Shown one piece after another: positions 1 through 13,189 of a DNA stretch of 64,000 bases (its first letter is position 1; each line of letters starts with the position of its first letter). The translations under genes and the position numbers were made by a program. Under the pieces are notes generated by a model, which was not told the origin of the DNA, ran no database searches, and saw only the letters and a program-made list of their open reading frames with translations. Source of the stretch: Eledone cirrhosa (taxonomy: Eukaryota); assembly GCA_964016885.1 (NCBI GenBank), contig OZ024757.1, forward strand, positions 32,984,001 through 33,048,000, in the 5' to 3' direction.

Positions 1-165
1 ACTGTAGAGTGATTGTGATGGTGACATGATAAAAAGCACCCAGTCCACACTGTAGAGTGATTGTGATGGTGACATAAGAAAAAGTGCCCAGTCCACAGTG
101 CAAAATGGTTGTGTTGGTGACACAACAAAAAAGCACCCAATCCACACTGTGAAGTGGTCATGTTG
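1..165 (+). repeat. 48-49 bp minisatellite derived from an internal SINE segment
   Basis: ~3.5 copies of a unit like GTGACATAA-AAAAAGCACCCAGTCCACACTGTAGAGTGATTGTGATG; same unit family as 17215-17420 and 48995-49545. Confidence 0.8.
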
Positions 166-432
166 TCCGACGCTCTACTGATAAGCAGTCACCATGCTTT
201 ACAGCAGAGTTAGAGCCCTTTATGTTCTGAGTTCAAATTCCACCGAGGTTAGCTATCAATTGTGATAATCTCATTGATTTTGTACATGGATGTAATGTCA
301 TTTCTAGAATCTTGTATTTCGTATGTGGTGATGGCAAGATGTTAGTAATTAATTAATATGGCATGTGATTCTTAAAATAAATTGTGTTTATTTATAAGCA
401 TTCTATTGAAATACCTTTTGAGGAACCTCATA

Positions 433-651
433 TTAACCCTTTAGCATTTAAACCGGCCATATCTGGTCATAATTCTCTCACCTCTTTCTGTTCAAACTGG
501 CCACTCATACTGATATTAAGGTATTGTTCTCAAAATGAATAACATCAAAATCTCGTAGATTCAATATTATATGAGATAATTATGTAAGATGAAGCCTTTA
601 CTGTGAAAATATAATAGTAAATATAGAATAATACAAATGCTAAAGGGTTAA
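433..651. mobile_element. piggyBac-type MITE (TTAA target)
   Basis: TTAA-CCCTTTAGCATTT ... AAATGCTAAAGGG-TTAA inverted termini, ~210 bp; many copies in the window. Confidence 0.85.
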
Positions 652-1564
652 TGTAAAGTGGTAAATTGTCAGAGTTGTTAGAATGTCGGATAGAATGCTT
701 TGTGGTATTCATTTTGGTTGTCTGTGCTCTGAATTCAAAACCTGCTCATATTAGTACAAGGTGAGAGAATTCTGGCCAGATACGGCTGGTTTAAATGCTT
801 AGGGTTAAAGAATGAAAATATTGAATAAAATAACAGGTCATCAGATCAGACCAAAGAAACCATGTTTCCATCGGTCTTTCCAATTGCTACTACTATCTAA
901 CGGTCACAAATCCAGGCATAATAATATAAGCTGTGTGAAAATAGGGCTAAAGTTAAGTTGGATGACTCCCCAATGTTTAAATTAAATGTATTAAAGAATG
1001 AAAATATTGAATAAAAGGAAAAGAAAAGAACCGGTCATCAGATTAGACCAAATAAACAATGTTTTAATTGGTGTTTCCATTGCTGATATTTCTGCCAATC
1101 CTAACTCCTGGCAGAAATAAAGGAAGTAAGAATTAAACTCAAGGTGCACACAGCCACAACAGATACCGCAAAACACCTTATCTGACTCTTTAACAATTCT
1201 GCTAACCCACTGCCCCTACTTGCGATGGATAGGTGTCCTGTCCAGGAAAGGGGTGGTAGTGGTGGTGTCTTATACTCTCAGTCGCTTCATGCCATGGAAA
1301 CCGGGATAAACACTGGCCTGAGGAGCCTCCAGGCTTGAAACAGACTGCCACTGCTAGATTAGTAATTAACATTGAATAAAGAAACGAATATGTTGTTTTA
1401 TATATTTCCAAATAATTGTGTGGGAGAAAAGAGAAGAAAATTCCGTATTTATATATCGATTCTTAAGGTCTGCCAAATTTTGAACCATTTTGTTGTCTAT
1501 TATTCTAATAGACAAGCTGTTCCTATTTTATATATATTCTTATGAATATTTTTTGTATACAATA

Positions 1565-1745
1565 CATCACACTGTAAATGTAGTTGGTGTTAAGAAGGGC
1601 ATCCAGCTGTAAAATACCCGACCAAATTTACAGTCCTCGTTGGAGCAAGGTACAGTGTGGCCAGACTTGCCGCCCAGCGTGGAAAACCCGTCTAACCCAT
1701 GCAAGCATGGAAAAATAGATGTTAAACAGTGACGATGATGATGAC
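1565..1745 (+). mobile_element. 3' part of RTE-tailed SINE
   Basis: TTGGTGTTAAGAAGGGCATCCAGCTGTAAAA module and GCAAGCATGGAAAAATAGATGTTAAA..(GAT)n tail. Confidence 0.7.
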
Positions 1746-1769
1746 ATTTATAGATGCGTGCGTACGTAT

Positions 1770-2285
1770 CAGTCTCTTATACCATCGATACCACAATGGT
1801 ACAAGCCTGGACAGTATGGGAGAATGGTCTCTGACGTGCACAATCTAAAGCACAAGTCGCCATGTGGCCCCACCCGAGGACAGAATGGAGAAACCATTAC
1901 CCTCGGAGGATAGCAAGAGAAACGTGTTGAAATAACCATTCCAACTGGCGAGGCTCGCTCCTGCGGGTGGCCAATTCCATCCTGAGAAGGGATATAGTTC
2001 GAAGGACTAAGAACACTAGAAGTCTTCACCTCTTTAGGTTCAGTGACTCGGAAAACACCAGATACTTTAACAGTTTGTCGGGCAACGAAGCCTGGGTCAG
2101 TTGTCGAAAGTACCAGGCTGCCGCAAGAGTGTCACCATACGAGGGGCTTACCACCGCAAAACGAGAACATTGTAACGCCATCAGGTCTTTTGCCGTCCCC
2201 TCAATCCAACCCCACGGGCTTGAGCTGCGAAGGGAAGCCATTGTTGTCCCAAGACATACTTAATGACCTCGCTCAGTGCGGCATG
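1770..2285 (-). mobile_element. Degenerate 3' fragment of a CRE-like RLE non-LTR retrotransposon
   Basis: Minus frames give HAALSEVIKYVL, PVGLD*GDGKRPDGVTMFSFCGGKPLVW and EPRQLEWLFQHVSLAILRG, matching the DGKRPDG..GKxLxWD and QRxSxAIxRGN motifs of CRE-type endonuclease domains; stops and frameshifts present. Confidence 0.75.
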
Positions 2286-3231
2286 ACAAATAATATACCA
2301 CACCAAAATAGCCATTTCGTTACAATAGGCTGTTTATATTTTGATATATCATGGAGCAAGCCTGCGTTTCCTTCTAAATTCTAAACTAGAACCGTTTCAA
2401 TGTTTACAACGCTGTCTCACTGAATGACGATGAATTTTTATTTATTTGCGAGTAATTTACGACGGTTTTGAAGGCCATATTCGTTCAAAACTCATAAAAA
2501 AAATCATAAGAAAAACATAAATTTTATCACTTTCTAACCAAACCTATCAACTAACTACCCTTGAAATTAAAGTTTGTTATTAATACACCCGTCTCAGCCC
2601 ACCTTCGTTTATTTATTAAACCACATCTACAGTTTATCTCTTAAATAAAATACCGTATAAAATATAAAATAAAAGAATCATTATTGTAGTAACGAAACGT
2701 GAAAAGGGGAAATAAATTGCTAAGACAGCTTTAAAGTCATGTCCCTTGGATTCAACGGCGAAGGAAGGTTACCCCATAAAGTTACATAATATATGAAAAG
2801 ATATTCAACAGAACTTTAACATATTCGTACGTGTGTGGCCCATATATACGTAGCTAGATATTCATGTTTTAAAATTAAAACAAACACACACGTACAAGAA
2901 ATGAATGTTTGTTTTGGATCAAAATCTAACTGAATAAACAACATACCTCATAAAAGTTTTACTCCTTACACCCAAGCCTACATTGCGCATTAAACAAGAC
3001 CTATCGAAACCCATATGTCGCGGTAATTTACCTAATAACTGAATTATTAGCATGGTTTCTTGTTTTAATTTTCCCTGTATATATAGATATATATTTTTAT
3101 ATATATATTACTAAATGTACTTCTACCTGAAGACAATCAACACGGTTTCTTTCCCGGTTGCTTGTCGTTCTTCAAGGGAGATAATAAACAAGAGATAAAT
3201 TTCTAGGTGACACTGAAATTTATGAAGACTT

Positions 3232-3277
3232 AAATAAATGTTCCGTCTATGTTCGGACATAGACGGAACATTTATTT
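3232..3277. other. Perfect 21-bp hairpin
   Basis: AAATAAATGTTCCGTCTATGT-TCGG-ACATAGACGGAACATTTATTT. Confidence 0.9.
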
Positions 3278-3962
3278 TGTACTATACTTTCAAGTTCTAA
3301 TCAAAGTTAACCTTCATACGTTAACAACTGAACAATTGATAAGTATATTTATCTTAGGAAACTGATAAACATCGTTACAGCCATAAACAGAAAGTAGAAA
3401 GAGGAATCTAAGCTGCTTTTAATAAATTAAATGACCTCATAACCGAACACAATATATTACTGAAATACCGTAATTTATCGGTGAACTATATTTCAGTTTG
3501 TGATCTTCGAGATATTCGGAGAAAATGGGCCTCTAACAACAAAGTTATTGTCATTTACTGAAGTATCTGGCGATGCTCGTGAAGGTACTTGACTATTCCA
3601 GCGCCTTAATCTCTTTTTCACTCGTAGTAATGGTGTGAGTGCCTTCTGTTGCCTCAAAACATTTTTTTAGGGTAACATCAGCATTCCCTGTGGTCATGTG
3701 GAATTGAAGAAGTGTGCACGTCTTTTCTTTCTCTCCCATCTGAATATTTTTTATTAATTTGTTTCTTTTATAGATTATATTCTTAATAAATATATATGGA
3801 CCTCAAACTCCTGATGTAGTCACAGGGGCGCTGTAGTGAAATACAGCATGCCTTGGGCATTTTAATCTTGGTGGAGACCATCTCTCCAGGTCTGAAATAT
3901 AGCCAATCATTTCTAAAGAGAGAGAACGACAGACAGTAGGGGAGAGGAAGTTGGAGAGAGAT

Positions 3963-4308
3963 GAATGAATGAAATTATTGTGTACAGTGCTCAGGTGCAC
4001 TACAACTCATCAAAGATGCATGTATAGTACATAGAATAATGTACAAATGTCAGGAAAGTGAACAGTGTATGAGTCATGTTATGCACGTGTGCGTGTGTAT
4101 GGAGGGGGAATATTAAGTGTAGTGTTGGTGAATCTCAGGAAGCATCGAGGTATTAAAGCATGCAGTGTCTCGACAGCTAACAACTGATGCAGGTAGTTTT
4201 TTCCATGCTTCAGCAACTCTGAGCATGAAAAGTCTCTGAGCATTTCCAAAAGTCAAGGGAGCTGTGCTGTTTTCTGACTTTGTAGGCATGCCCACGTGTG
4301 TTAGACAC
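3963..4308 (-). mobile_element. CR1-group LINE 3' fragment with 25-bp flanking direct repeat
   Basis: Encodes LRVAEAWKKLPASVVSCRDTACFN; (TTCA)n tail; AGGGGAGAGGAAGTTGGA(G/A)AGAGAT at 3938-3962 and 4309-4333. Confidence 0.75.
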
Positions 4309-4504
4309 AGGGGAGAGGAAGTTGGAAAGAGATATAGGGGACGAATTAAACACAGTACTGGACTGACACTTATACTATCTCTTCTAAAGGATGAAAAGCA
4401 AAGTTCACCATGGCAAGTTTTGAACTCAGAGTACATTGAGCTGGAATGAATACCACAGAGCATTCTGTCCAATGTTCTAATGACTTTGCCAATTTCTTCT
4501 TGTG

Positions 4505-4850
4505 ACACTAAACTCCGCCAGTTGCAGACTGCCCATCAACATGAGATATCTCTTTCCACAAAGTTCGATCACCAGAGCAAAGATCAAGTCCAGTCCATAA
4601 GTTGGCATTGTCAAGCCATTGTTTTGGCTGCCAGCCTCTGTTTCTCTTTCCACGAGTTGATCTTTTTATATGGCCGTAGTTTGAGCACTCTTGACTTGAC
4701 AATTGATGTAATTGATCTAAGTTTGGTAATGTTGAACAGCTTACTGATACAGATATGGTCACTGAGCCGCTTGCCAGTCATAAGTCTCATGATGTGGTTC
4801 TGAAATGTAGAGAGCTTCTGAAGTGACTTTGTCGTCCAATTAACAATTTA
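4505..4850 (-). mobile_element. RTE-type LINE 3' fragment
   Basis: Frameshifted FQNHIMRLMTGKRLSDHI..YGHIKRS..RGKRNRG..QWLDN..DRTLWK, typical RTE C-terminus. Confidence 0.65.
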
Positions 4851-5397
4851 CCAGCTACTTATTCTTCGCCCACTTATTCCCTGTTCCCTGGGTCTCTTGC
4901 TGATTGGTTTTGCCCATAAAAATCTTTCCACCGATTCTTTCCTCAGACATCCTTACATGTGCGTAATATCAGAGCTGTGATTTCTCAACAAATATAAAAT
5001 TCCAGAAAAAAAATACCAGTTATTTAGTTCTCATCAGTCCTTACCAAGCAGATCAATAACTAAAGACTTTCCATCAATGCCCATCGCTTCTTTTTTCTTT
5101 CCTGACACACTGTGTTTTTAAGTGTTCTGGGCCCCATGATTCTCACAGGAATAAGTGGGCAAAGAAAAAGAAGAAACTAAATCTGAAGGTGCACCATTGA
5201 AAAGTAGGGGTTGGTGGGGGATAGTGTCATCCAGGGTGACCCCCGCCCCATTCCCAGCAATGGACCTGCCCAAGATGTAGATGGGAGAGGATAGTGACAA
5301 AAAAGGTTTTGGGGTTAAATGAAGAAAGCCAGAAATATTACACAAAACAGAAACATGGTATCATGTTACTGTGTGGGAAGCTACATTCTGAAGACAT

Positions 5398-5722
5398 GTG
5401 ATGATGATGATGATGGTTGTGTCAGTGATGAAGAGAGTATAATGATGATATGGTGGTGGTGGTGGTGGTGAATAGAGTATAATAATGATATGGTGATGAG
5501 GGTGATGATAATTATGGTGGTGGGGGTGACAGTGATGAAGAGTATAATGATGTGGTGGTGGTGGTGATGATGGTGGTGGTGATAGTGGTGATGGTGGTGG
5601 TGATGATGATGGTGGTGATGGTGATGGTGGCGGTGGTGATGGTGATGATGGTGGTGATGGGGATGGTGATGGTGATGATGTAATAATAATGATGATGGTG
5701 TGATGGTGGTGATGGTGGTGAT
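5398..5722. repeat. (GGT/GAT)n low-complexity tract
   Basis: Mixed trinucleotide repeat; source of the poly-His ORF 5381..5731. Confidence 0.9.
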
Positions 5723-6340
5723 ATATTTCATATTTAGCAGTTTGGCTTAATGAGCAATATAGCTAGAACTAGCAACAGCAGTTATTACAACATCACAGGG
5801 ATTTAGAAAGGGTTCCCAGCCACCACCCCACCCCACCCCAAGGATTAAGAGCACGGGAAGGGGAAGCGGGAGGAGACAATACACTGTTGGTCCCCCCCCC
5901 CCACTCTACTGTCTGAAATGTTTTTCATTATTTGCTTTCTGATTCATAACTACCAGCTAGATTACAAAACAATAACTTAATGTTTAATTAACATCCACCT
6001 ACCCACCTACCCACCTACCCAGTCTCTCTCCTCTTACACAGGTCTTAAAATAAAGCCATGACATAACATCTTACAATATCACAGACTGTAAACCAGGAAC
6101 TAATGAGATCATTTTGCTCCAGGGCAGAGGGGTGACAACAACACCACCCCTGTACCTGCACCCATCCTCCTCCCCCACCCTGCACCCTCACCCACCCATT
6201 ACCTTCCTCTTGCTACGTCTCTATGGCATGAATCACTTATGAAAACAGTAAACAAGAAAAAAAACTAGAAGAAAAATTAGAAACAACTGCCAATACCCAG
6301 GCTGAAATATGGTATCTATTAGAGAGAAATGATGGAATGT

Positions 6341-6790
6341 GAAGGCGCATGGCTTAGTGGTTAGAGTGTTGGGCTTGCAATCAGGCAGTTGTGAGTTCAA
6401 TTCTCAAACCAGGTGATGTGTTGTGTTCTTAAACCTTTAGCATTTAAACCAGCCATATCTGGCCAGAATTCTCTCACCTCTTTCTGTTCAAACTGGCTGT
6501 AACTGGCCACTCATTCTGGTGTTAAGGTAATGTTCTCAACATAAATAATATCAAAATCTCATAGATTCAATATTATGTGAGATAATTATGTGAGGTAAAT
6601 ACTTTACCGTGAAAATACAATAGTAAATATAGAGTAATGTAAATGCTAAAGGGTTAAGCAAAATACTTTATTTCATGTTGCTTCAGTTTACTCAGCTGTA
6701 GAAATAACTTGTGACATCACTGGTGCCAAGCCAGATGACCTTTGCTTGGACAACATCAGTGGCATGGATGTTTATGCAAATGTGGCAAGC
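6341..6790 (+). mobile_element. tRNA-derived SINE interrupted by a TTAA MITE (6429-6657)
   Basis: A-box TGGCTTAGTGG, B-box GAGTTCAATTC; SINE body split at GTTC|TTAA..TTAA|GCAAAATACTTTATTTC by the MITE. Confidence 0.8.
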
Positions 6791-7667
6791 AGCATATATT
6801 CTAGCTGTTTGAAAAAGCAAAATGAATGCTTCACCTTTGAAAGAGGGATGACTCAACATGAAAAAGACAAGTAGAATGGAATGATGGTAGTGAGACATAA
6901 GTATTGAATGCAGAAGATTTGCAGAAATTTCTTTTTTGTTTCTTGAAAGTCCCAAACAAGGCATGAAGCCATTTAGTGTGAGGGAATGTGAAGAAGAAGA
7001 AATTAAGACGAAAGGAATTAATTTACTTTAGACTTGAAAGAGTTCAGGTCATTACAAAGAAGTTAATTTAGCATGCTCTGTTTGATGTGTAACGTTAGTG
7101 TGTAATATTAGTGTGTAGGAACGAGGCACAGATGAGTTGAGAAGAGAAAAAAAACTGCACTTAAGAGTAATCAGATGCATTGTATAAGAAAAAAACATTG
7201 CACAGGTACCAACATGTGATGTATATGGAGGACAATGTCTGCTCTGCTCTGCTACCCAACCTAGAAAATTTATTGCTGTGGTGATAGTGTTAATAGTGGT
7301 GTTAGTGTTGCTGTTGTTGTTGGTGGTGGAGATGATGTGGTGGAGATAGGGGTGTTGGTGGTGGTGGTAGCAGTGGTGGAGATAGGGGTGTTGTGGTGGT
7401 GGGGGTGATGTGGTGGTGATGGTGTTGGTGTTGTTGGTAGTGGTGGTGGAGTCAGAGGTTTAGATGGTAATTGTTTTGTCCAAATTTCGCCCTGATCTGA
7501 CAGACATGAACTAAAACGACCCAGCTTTGACCATCCTGTTCAAATAACGTTCCTACAATAGTATCTTCTCTACCATCCCAACAGTGGTCATACTGGTGCC
7601 ACAAGGAAAAGCACCCAGTCCACATTGTAAAGCTATAGTGTCACAAAAAGACTCGCAGTACATACTG

Positions 7668-8555
7668 TACGAAGGAGGGCTGAAAATTTAATTGGCTGAC
7701 TATAAAAGAGTGAAGCTAGAGCTGTGAAATCTTGCATGCATTAATTTCAACTCTTCTTACTAATAACTGCATTGTTTCTCTCTAGTTAAACTGATACCTG
7801 ACTGTTCAAAGAAAATTCAGAAGTAACTAGTAGCAACTTCTCTTAAAAATGGACAAAATATGGCATTGTGGTGTTATCAAGTACCTGCAAAAAAAGGATT
7901 TAACCCCCAATGACATTCATGCTGACGTGGTTGCTACATTAGGCGATGATGGTCCAACTTTATCAACAGTGGGCAGCTGAATTTAGGAGGGGAAGAGAGA
8001 GTCTTGAAGATGAACTAAGGGCTGGACTTCCTGCAACTGTACCATCGAGGAAAACATTGATTGTGTTCACCACATGGTGATGGATGACAAGTGATTGAGT
8101 ATAAATCAAATAGCCAATGCTATTAGTATATCCTGTGAGAGAGTTGAGAATATTCTACACAATGAACTTGGCATAATGAAGGTTTCTGCTTGGTGGGTGC
8201 TATGTCTTCTGTCACCTGATCAAAAGTACACCAGGCTGATTACATCACAGGAAAATCTGACATGTTTGAGGCAGATCCAGCTGGTTTCCTTGAACATTTC
8301 CTAACCCCGGATTAGTGTTTTGTTCATCACTTTGAGCCAAAGACAAAGAGACAATTCATGCAGTAGAAACACCCCCTGCTCCAAAGCCAAAGGTCATTTC
8401 ATCTGCAGGGAAGGTGACTGCCTCAGATTTTTGAGATGCAAAAGGCATTGTGTTTATTGATTATCTTCAAAAGAGCCACACCATCAATCCAGAGTACTAT
8501 GCCAACTTGCTGAGACAGTTACAAAAGGCTATCAAGACCAAACCCCCATGAAAAC
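7668..8555 (+). mobile_element. Degenerate mariner transposase relic, 3'-truncated
   Basis: ATG at ~7849 MDKIWHCGVIKYLQKK..; EFRRGRESLED; ILHNELGIMKVSAWWV (WVPxxL-like); IDYLQKSHTINPEYY; many stops and frameshifts. Confidence 0.85.
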
Positions 8556-9239
8556 TGTTGTGAAAAGGTGAAAGTGACTGAGTGAGAGGAGTGATGGGAA
8601 TAGAGCCAGTGATAAATGTGAAGAGAAATGGAATGAGATGTTTGGGTCATGTATTGAGGAGTGATAGAAATATATGAGGAAGGAAGTAGAGGAAGGGGAA
8701 GACTAGGAAAGACATAGTTAAAGATGAGAGAAGAAGAAATGAAAGCCAGAAAGTTGGCGAGGAAGGGGGAACATACAAAAGGGCAAAATGAAAAAAAAAT
8801 GGAGAAGCTTGTTATGGAGGCACCACAATGTTAACTCCAGCTTTAGCAGGGTAAATAACCTCAAAACACTTGTCATTGTTGTTGTTTGTAGTCAAGCTGT
8901 TTATTTATGCAAATAGAACAGTTTGAGGTCACATTTAACCTGAAGATTTCACAACTCAATGTAAGTATTTTGTTTCATGTTTCAAGACATGTTCCCCTTC
9001 CATTAGACATTTCCCAGTTGTATCTACACAGCACGTGTGAATATTTGTAAGGTCAGTTAATTTGCAGTTCACACACACACACACACACCGCAACTTAACC
9101 ACAAATGGCATCTCAGCTGCTGTTATCATCATTTTGCAGTATTTTGCATCTGCCACGATGTGCAGGGGTAGGCTGCTGAACATGCATTAAAATCTATCAC
9201 TGTCTTCTGCTAAAAAATAGTAAGTTTAATAATAATAAT

Positions 9240-9575
9240 AAGGATAAAAATAATTCTTCCAAGGAAATGAAGAAACTCTCCAAATATAAAGATCTAAAAG
9301 GTAGAAATAATTTGGAATGTGGAAAGTGAAAACTGAAACAATACCTCTAATAATAAGTGCTCTAGGAATGATAAAAATCACACAGACAAATACATAACCA
9401 AAACCCCAGGACTTACAAATATATACAGCATACAAAAAATACCACTACTAGGCACTGCACACATACTATGAAAACTACTGTTAATACAATAGAAACAACA
9501 CCAGTAAAAACTATACTACTCATACCCAAGGCACACAGAGCTGTGCTCAGTAAAGCAGTAATGATGTGCAATAAA
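9240..9575 (+). mobile_element. R4/Dong-like RLE retrotransposon 3' fragment in (TAA)n
   Basis: KEMKKLSKYKDL..MWKVKTETIPLIISALGMI..IQKIPLLGTAHIL motif; TAA repeats on both sides. Confidence 0.8.
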
Positions 9576-9594
9576 AATAATGATAATAATAATG

Positions 9595-10000
9595 ATGATT
9601 TCTAGTATAGGCACAAGGCCAGCAATTTTGGGGGAGGGGAAAGTCGATTAACTCGATCACAGGATGTTACTGGTACTTTATTTTATCGACCCTGTAAGAA
9701 TGAAAGGCAAAGCTAACCTTGGCGGGATTTGAACTCGGAGAGTAAAGGGACGCAACTCTGTGCCACAAAGCATGACATCCAATGTTCTACCAATAATACT
9801 AATCCAATAATAATAATAATTGTTTCTACTTTTGGCACAAGGCCAGCAATTATCCCAGTGCATTACTGGTACTTTATTTTATCGACCCCAAAAGGATGAA
9901 AGGTAAAGTTAACCTCGGCGGGATTTGAACTCAGACCATAAAAGGCAATAATTAAATACTGCAGTGCATTCTGTCTGATACTCTAACAATTCTGCCAATC
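9595..10000 (-). mobile_element. Two tandem copies of (TAT)n-tailed tRNA-SINE
   Basis: Reverse complements of GAGTTCAAATCCCGCC and GCCTTTCAT..GGGTCGATAAAATAAAGTACCAG. Confidence 0.8.
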
Positions 10001-10505
10001 CATGGCAAGAACTATAATGACAACAACACTAACAAATGCAACAGCTGCTGAAAGCAATGTAGCATAAATTTATAACTCACACCAAACATCACCACATCAC
10101 CATGGAAGATAAAAATGGAAACAGGGTTAATTTTGGTGTGATAAACTGGAAGAAAGACTTGGTTGTAAGTAGGTGGGGAGTCAGGAGGAAAAGAAGAGGG
10201 GGCAGGGGAAATAAATATCTCAATAAGGATAGATATAAACAACAATGGCAGTCTGTAGTCTGTTGAAGAGGTAGGAAGTTGGAAGCTATGAGAGGAAATA
10301 AATAGGAAACTGGATGTAATTTAAGACACTCAATCTTTACAGTGAGAACTGATAATGGGAGCATGTTATATGTCATATGTCGTATGATACATGCTGTATT
10401 TGAGGTCTTTACAGTGGGAACTGGAAAATGAGGGCATGCAGCATTGGTGATTCCATTTAGGCCAACATGGCAGCCACCTAGGGTACATAATTCAGGGAGA
10501 TGCAT

Positions 10506-10965
10506 TTAACTCTTTTCATACCAAACTACCTGAAACTTCCCTTGGTTCTATGATGCAAATCTGTTTATTTTAAGGTGTATATACTTATCTAAAAATCTTT
10601 CATGGTAATTTTGTAAAAGAATCTGTTAAGTTATGTTCCAAAAGTCAGCTTAACCCTTTAGCATTTAAACCGGCCATATCCAGCCAGAATTCTCCCACCT
10701 TTTTCTGTTCAAATCGGCTGTAGCTGGCCACTCATCCTGAGGTTAAGGTATGGTTCTCAGAATATATAACATCAAAATCTCATAGATTCAATATTATGTG
10801 AGATAAATCCTTTACCACTAAAATACAACCATATATATAGAGTAATGTAAATGCTAAAGGGTTAATAATGTCAAAGTTCGTTATATTACTAAATCCCTCA
10901 AATTCTTGATAATTTTCTAAATTATAGGTAATATTTCATTAGAGATACGGCAAGAAAAGGTTAAA
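10506..10965. mobile_element. TTAA MITE (second family) with nested TTAA MITE at 10650-10865
   Basis: Outer TTAACTCTTTTC..GAAAAGGGTTAA; inner TTAACCCTTTAGCATTT..AAATGCTAAAGGGTTAA; outer family recurs around 60350-61185. Confidence 0.75.
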
Positions 10966-11429
10966 CAATCTTAGTTTTACACAAAATTTATATAATTAAC
11001 TCTTAACATCCTGTAACAATTTAGCAGAAAATATCTAAAAGCAGGGTTGTTAATTCAAATATTTATAGCATCTTTACTAGTGGATAAACCTTTGTGAAAA
11101 TTTGCAGAACTAGATTAAAAACAGAAACTTTTAATGTGATACACTATTTTTTTCTAAACGTATGTTTATATACGTTGTATTATTATATATTTATGTTAAT
11201 TCACATAGATATATAATAATTTCCTGTGATCAATTATTAAACATCTTTGTCACATAGCAGCATTGTGGAAATATCCAAAGTAATGGAGAGGGTTGTATGG
11301 TTTTATGACTTGGCATGGGTGAGTGTAGACTGTGGAGTGGAAAATACATACATATATTCCGTCCCACCCTTGCAAGCAGGGAAAAGTGGACATAAAATGA
11401 TGATGATGATTATATTCACACACAACATA

Positions 11430-12335
11430 GGTGTAAATTCCCAAGTTGTGTCTGACCCCTCTTATGCCTAGTTTCTCTCTCAGTTCACTGATACTTTGCC
11501 ATTCATTCACACTACTATTACACATCCATCAGAGCATTTAAGCTTCATTTCTTTCCAATCTTCAGAGGTCTTCCTCACACATTGCCCAGGTCTCACTTCT
11601 ATGCAACATTGTTGTTCGTACATAAGTTTCATACAATCTACCTTTCATTTTGAAGGAAAAACCTTTTGTAGTTAGCAGTAGCTCACTGAACTTTTCCATC
11701 CCATTCTCACTTTGGCTACTATGCTTTTTGGTCACCTAGGTAACCTTTTTGGTCACTTTGGTAACCTAGGTACTGCTAATTTGGTCACCTAGGTAACAAA
11801 AACTATCGACTAATTCTATGGAGCCTTCTAGGCATTTAAAGGAGGTTGTTTCCTGTGAGCTCTCGCTACTGATTGCTCCTGTGCATCGACCACATACAAA
11901 GCCTACATTCTTTGCTGGCCCAGCTAGATCCCACTACATCTCTCGTGTTCCCAGAGTTTGCACTTAAAACACAGGATGGACTGTCCTTTCCTGCATACTA
12001 AGCAAGGCCATTTCCTTGAGGGGATCTAGGCCCTGTTTTCCTTTCTACTTACTAGAATTTTCTTGTTTGCAAAGTTGACTTTAAGACCATTTGATTCTAG
12101 GCTATGTTCCCAGGTCTGGAATTTTTTCTCTAATTCTGCCATAGCTACAAGGGTTAGATCATCTGCATACAGGAGTTCCTAAGGGCAGCCAATCTTAAAA
12201 TCCTCCCGCTTGGAGGATGATAATAAATAGGAGAGGGCTAAGAACATAACCCTGTAAATTCCTACCAGCATGCTAAATTCTTTACTACAATCATTGTTAA
12301 TCCTAACCTTGCTGACTGCTTCTCTATATATGACT
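11430..12335 (-). mobile_element. Degenerate RTE-type LINE RT/C-terminal fragment
   Basis: LSPLLFII..GCP*ELLYADDLTL; YETYVRTTMLHRSETWA; ELREKLGIRG; homologous to 50145-50830. Confidence 0.85.
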
Positions 12336-12805
12336 TAATGACTCAATGTTTTCCTGTCGGGGAGGGTGAAGGAAGAAGTTTACAGCTCAAGACTAAAAAA
12401 CTCAAAAAGTCAATTGGAGAAATGCATTCGTCATGTACTGATCAACATACCAGCTGAGTTCCTGATGAAGTGAGTTGAGGATATACTCAAACAATTACAA
12501 ACCCTGGTGGACAACACTGATGCCTATGTATAATTTTAGCACTGTACTATAGTTCAACCATTATACTGTCCAAAATAAAACATGCTTTATGAAAATCGAC
12601 CAATAATTAATACAGTTATTAACAGTTTTAAATAGGGAGTTTTTTTTCACTCACCCTGTATATAAAAACATGTGTGTATGTGTTTGTGTGTATTATTTTG
12701 GAAGTGTATATTTATAGTTCTAAAAATATCTGCCAACATTTACTGATGGGGTGACTCCTTGCTTGAAGTAAAGTTGTATTTGTTAAATCTATCTTGATTG
12801 ACTGG

Positions 12806-12859
<54 letters not shown>

Positions 12860-12889
12860 AGATCAAAAGATGGTTAAAAGAGTTCCATG

Positions 12890-12960
12890 TATTTTATTAT
12901 GCGCATTTCAAAAACAAATATCATCATGCAATAATATTTGTGTTTTCATCAGATAAAATA
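12890..12960 (-). ncRNA. Type I hammerhead ribozyme (Penelope-like element type), intact core
   Basis: TATTTTAT-CTGATGA-AAAC ACAAATATTAT tgcatg ATGATATTTGT TTTT-GAAA-TGCGCA-TA-ATAAAATA. Confidence 0.8.
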
Positions 12961-13189
12961 GGAAGACATGATATGAAGGTTAAAAAACACTTGTGAATAG
13001 TGCAGTTTTAAATCAACATATCACAATAATACACAATAATTTTCATATAATTCACATATACACAATAATTTTCATATAAATCATATATACACAATAATTT
13101 TCATTATCATGTTATCATGTATGAATATATATATATATATATATATATTTATTCATACATGATAACATATTCATAATGATAACATGATA

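Noticed and set aside
3497-3584. Possible host exon (TTTCAG|..GAAG|GTACTT; FVIFEIFGENGPLTTKLLSFTEVSGDARE)
   Set aside because: Weak splice signals, no recognisable homology, no partner exons found.
5381-5731. Poly-His protein ORF
   Set aside because: Translation of a (GGT/GAT)n tract; no domain or splice support.
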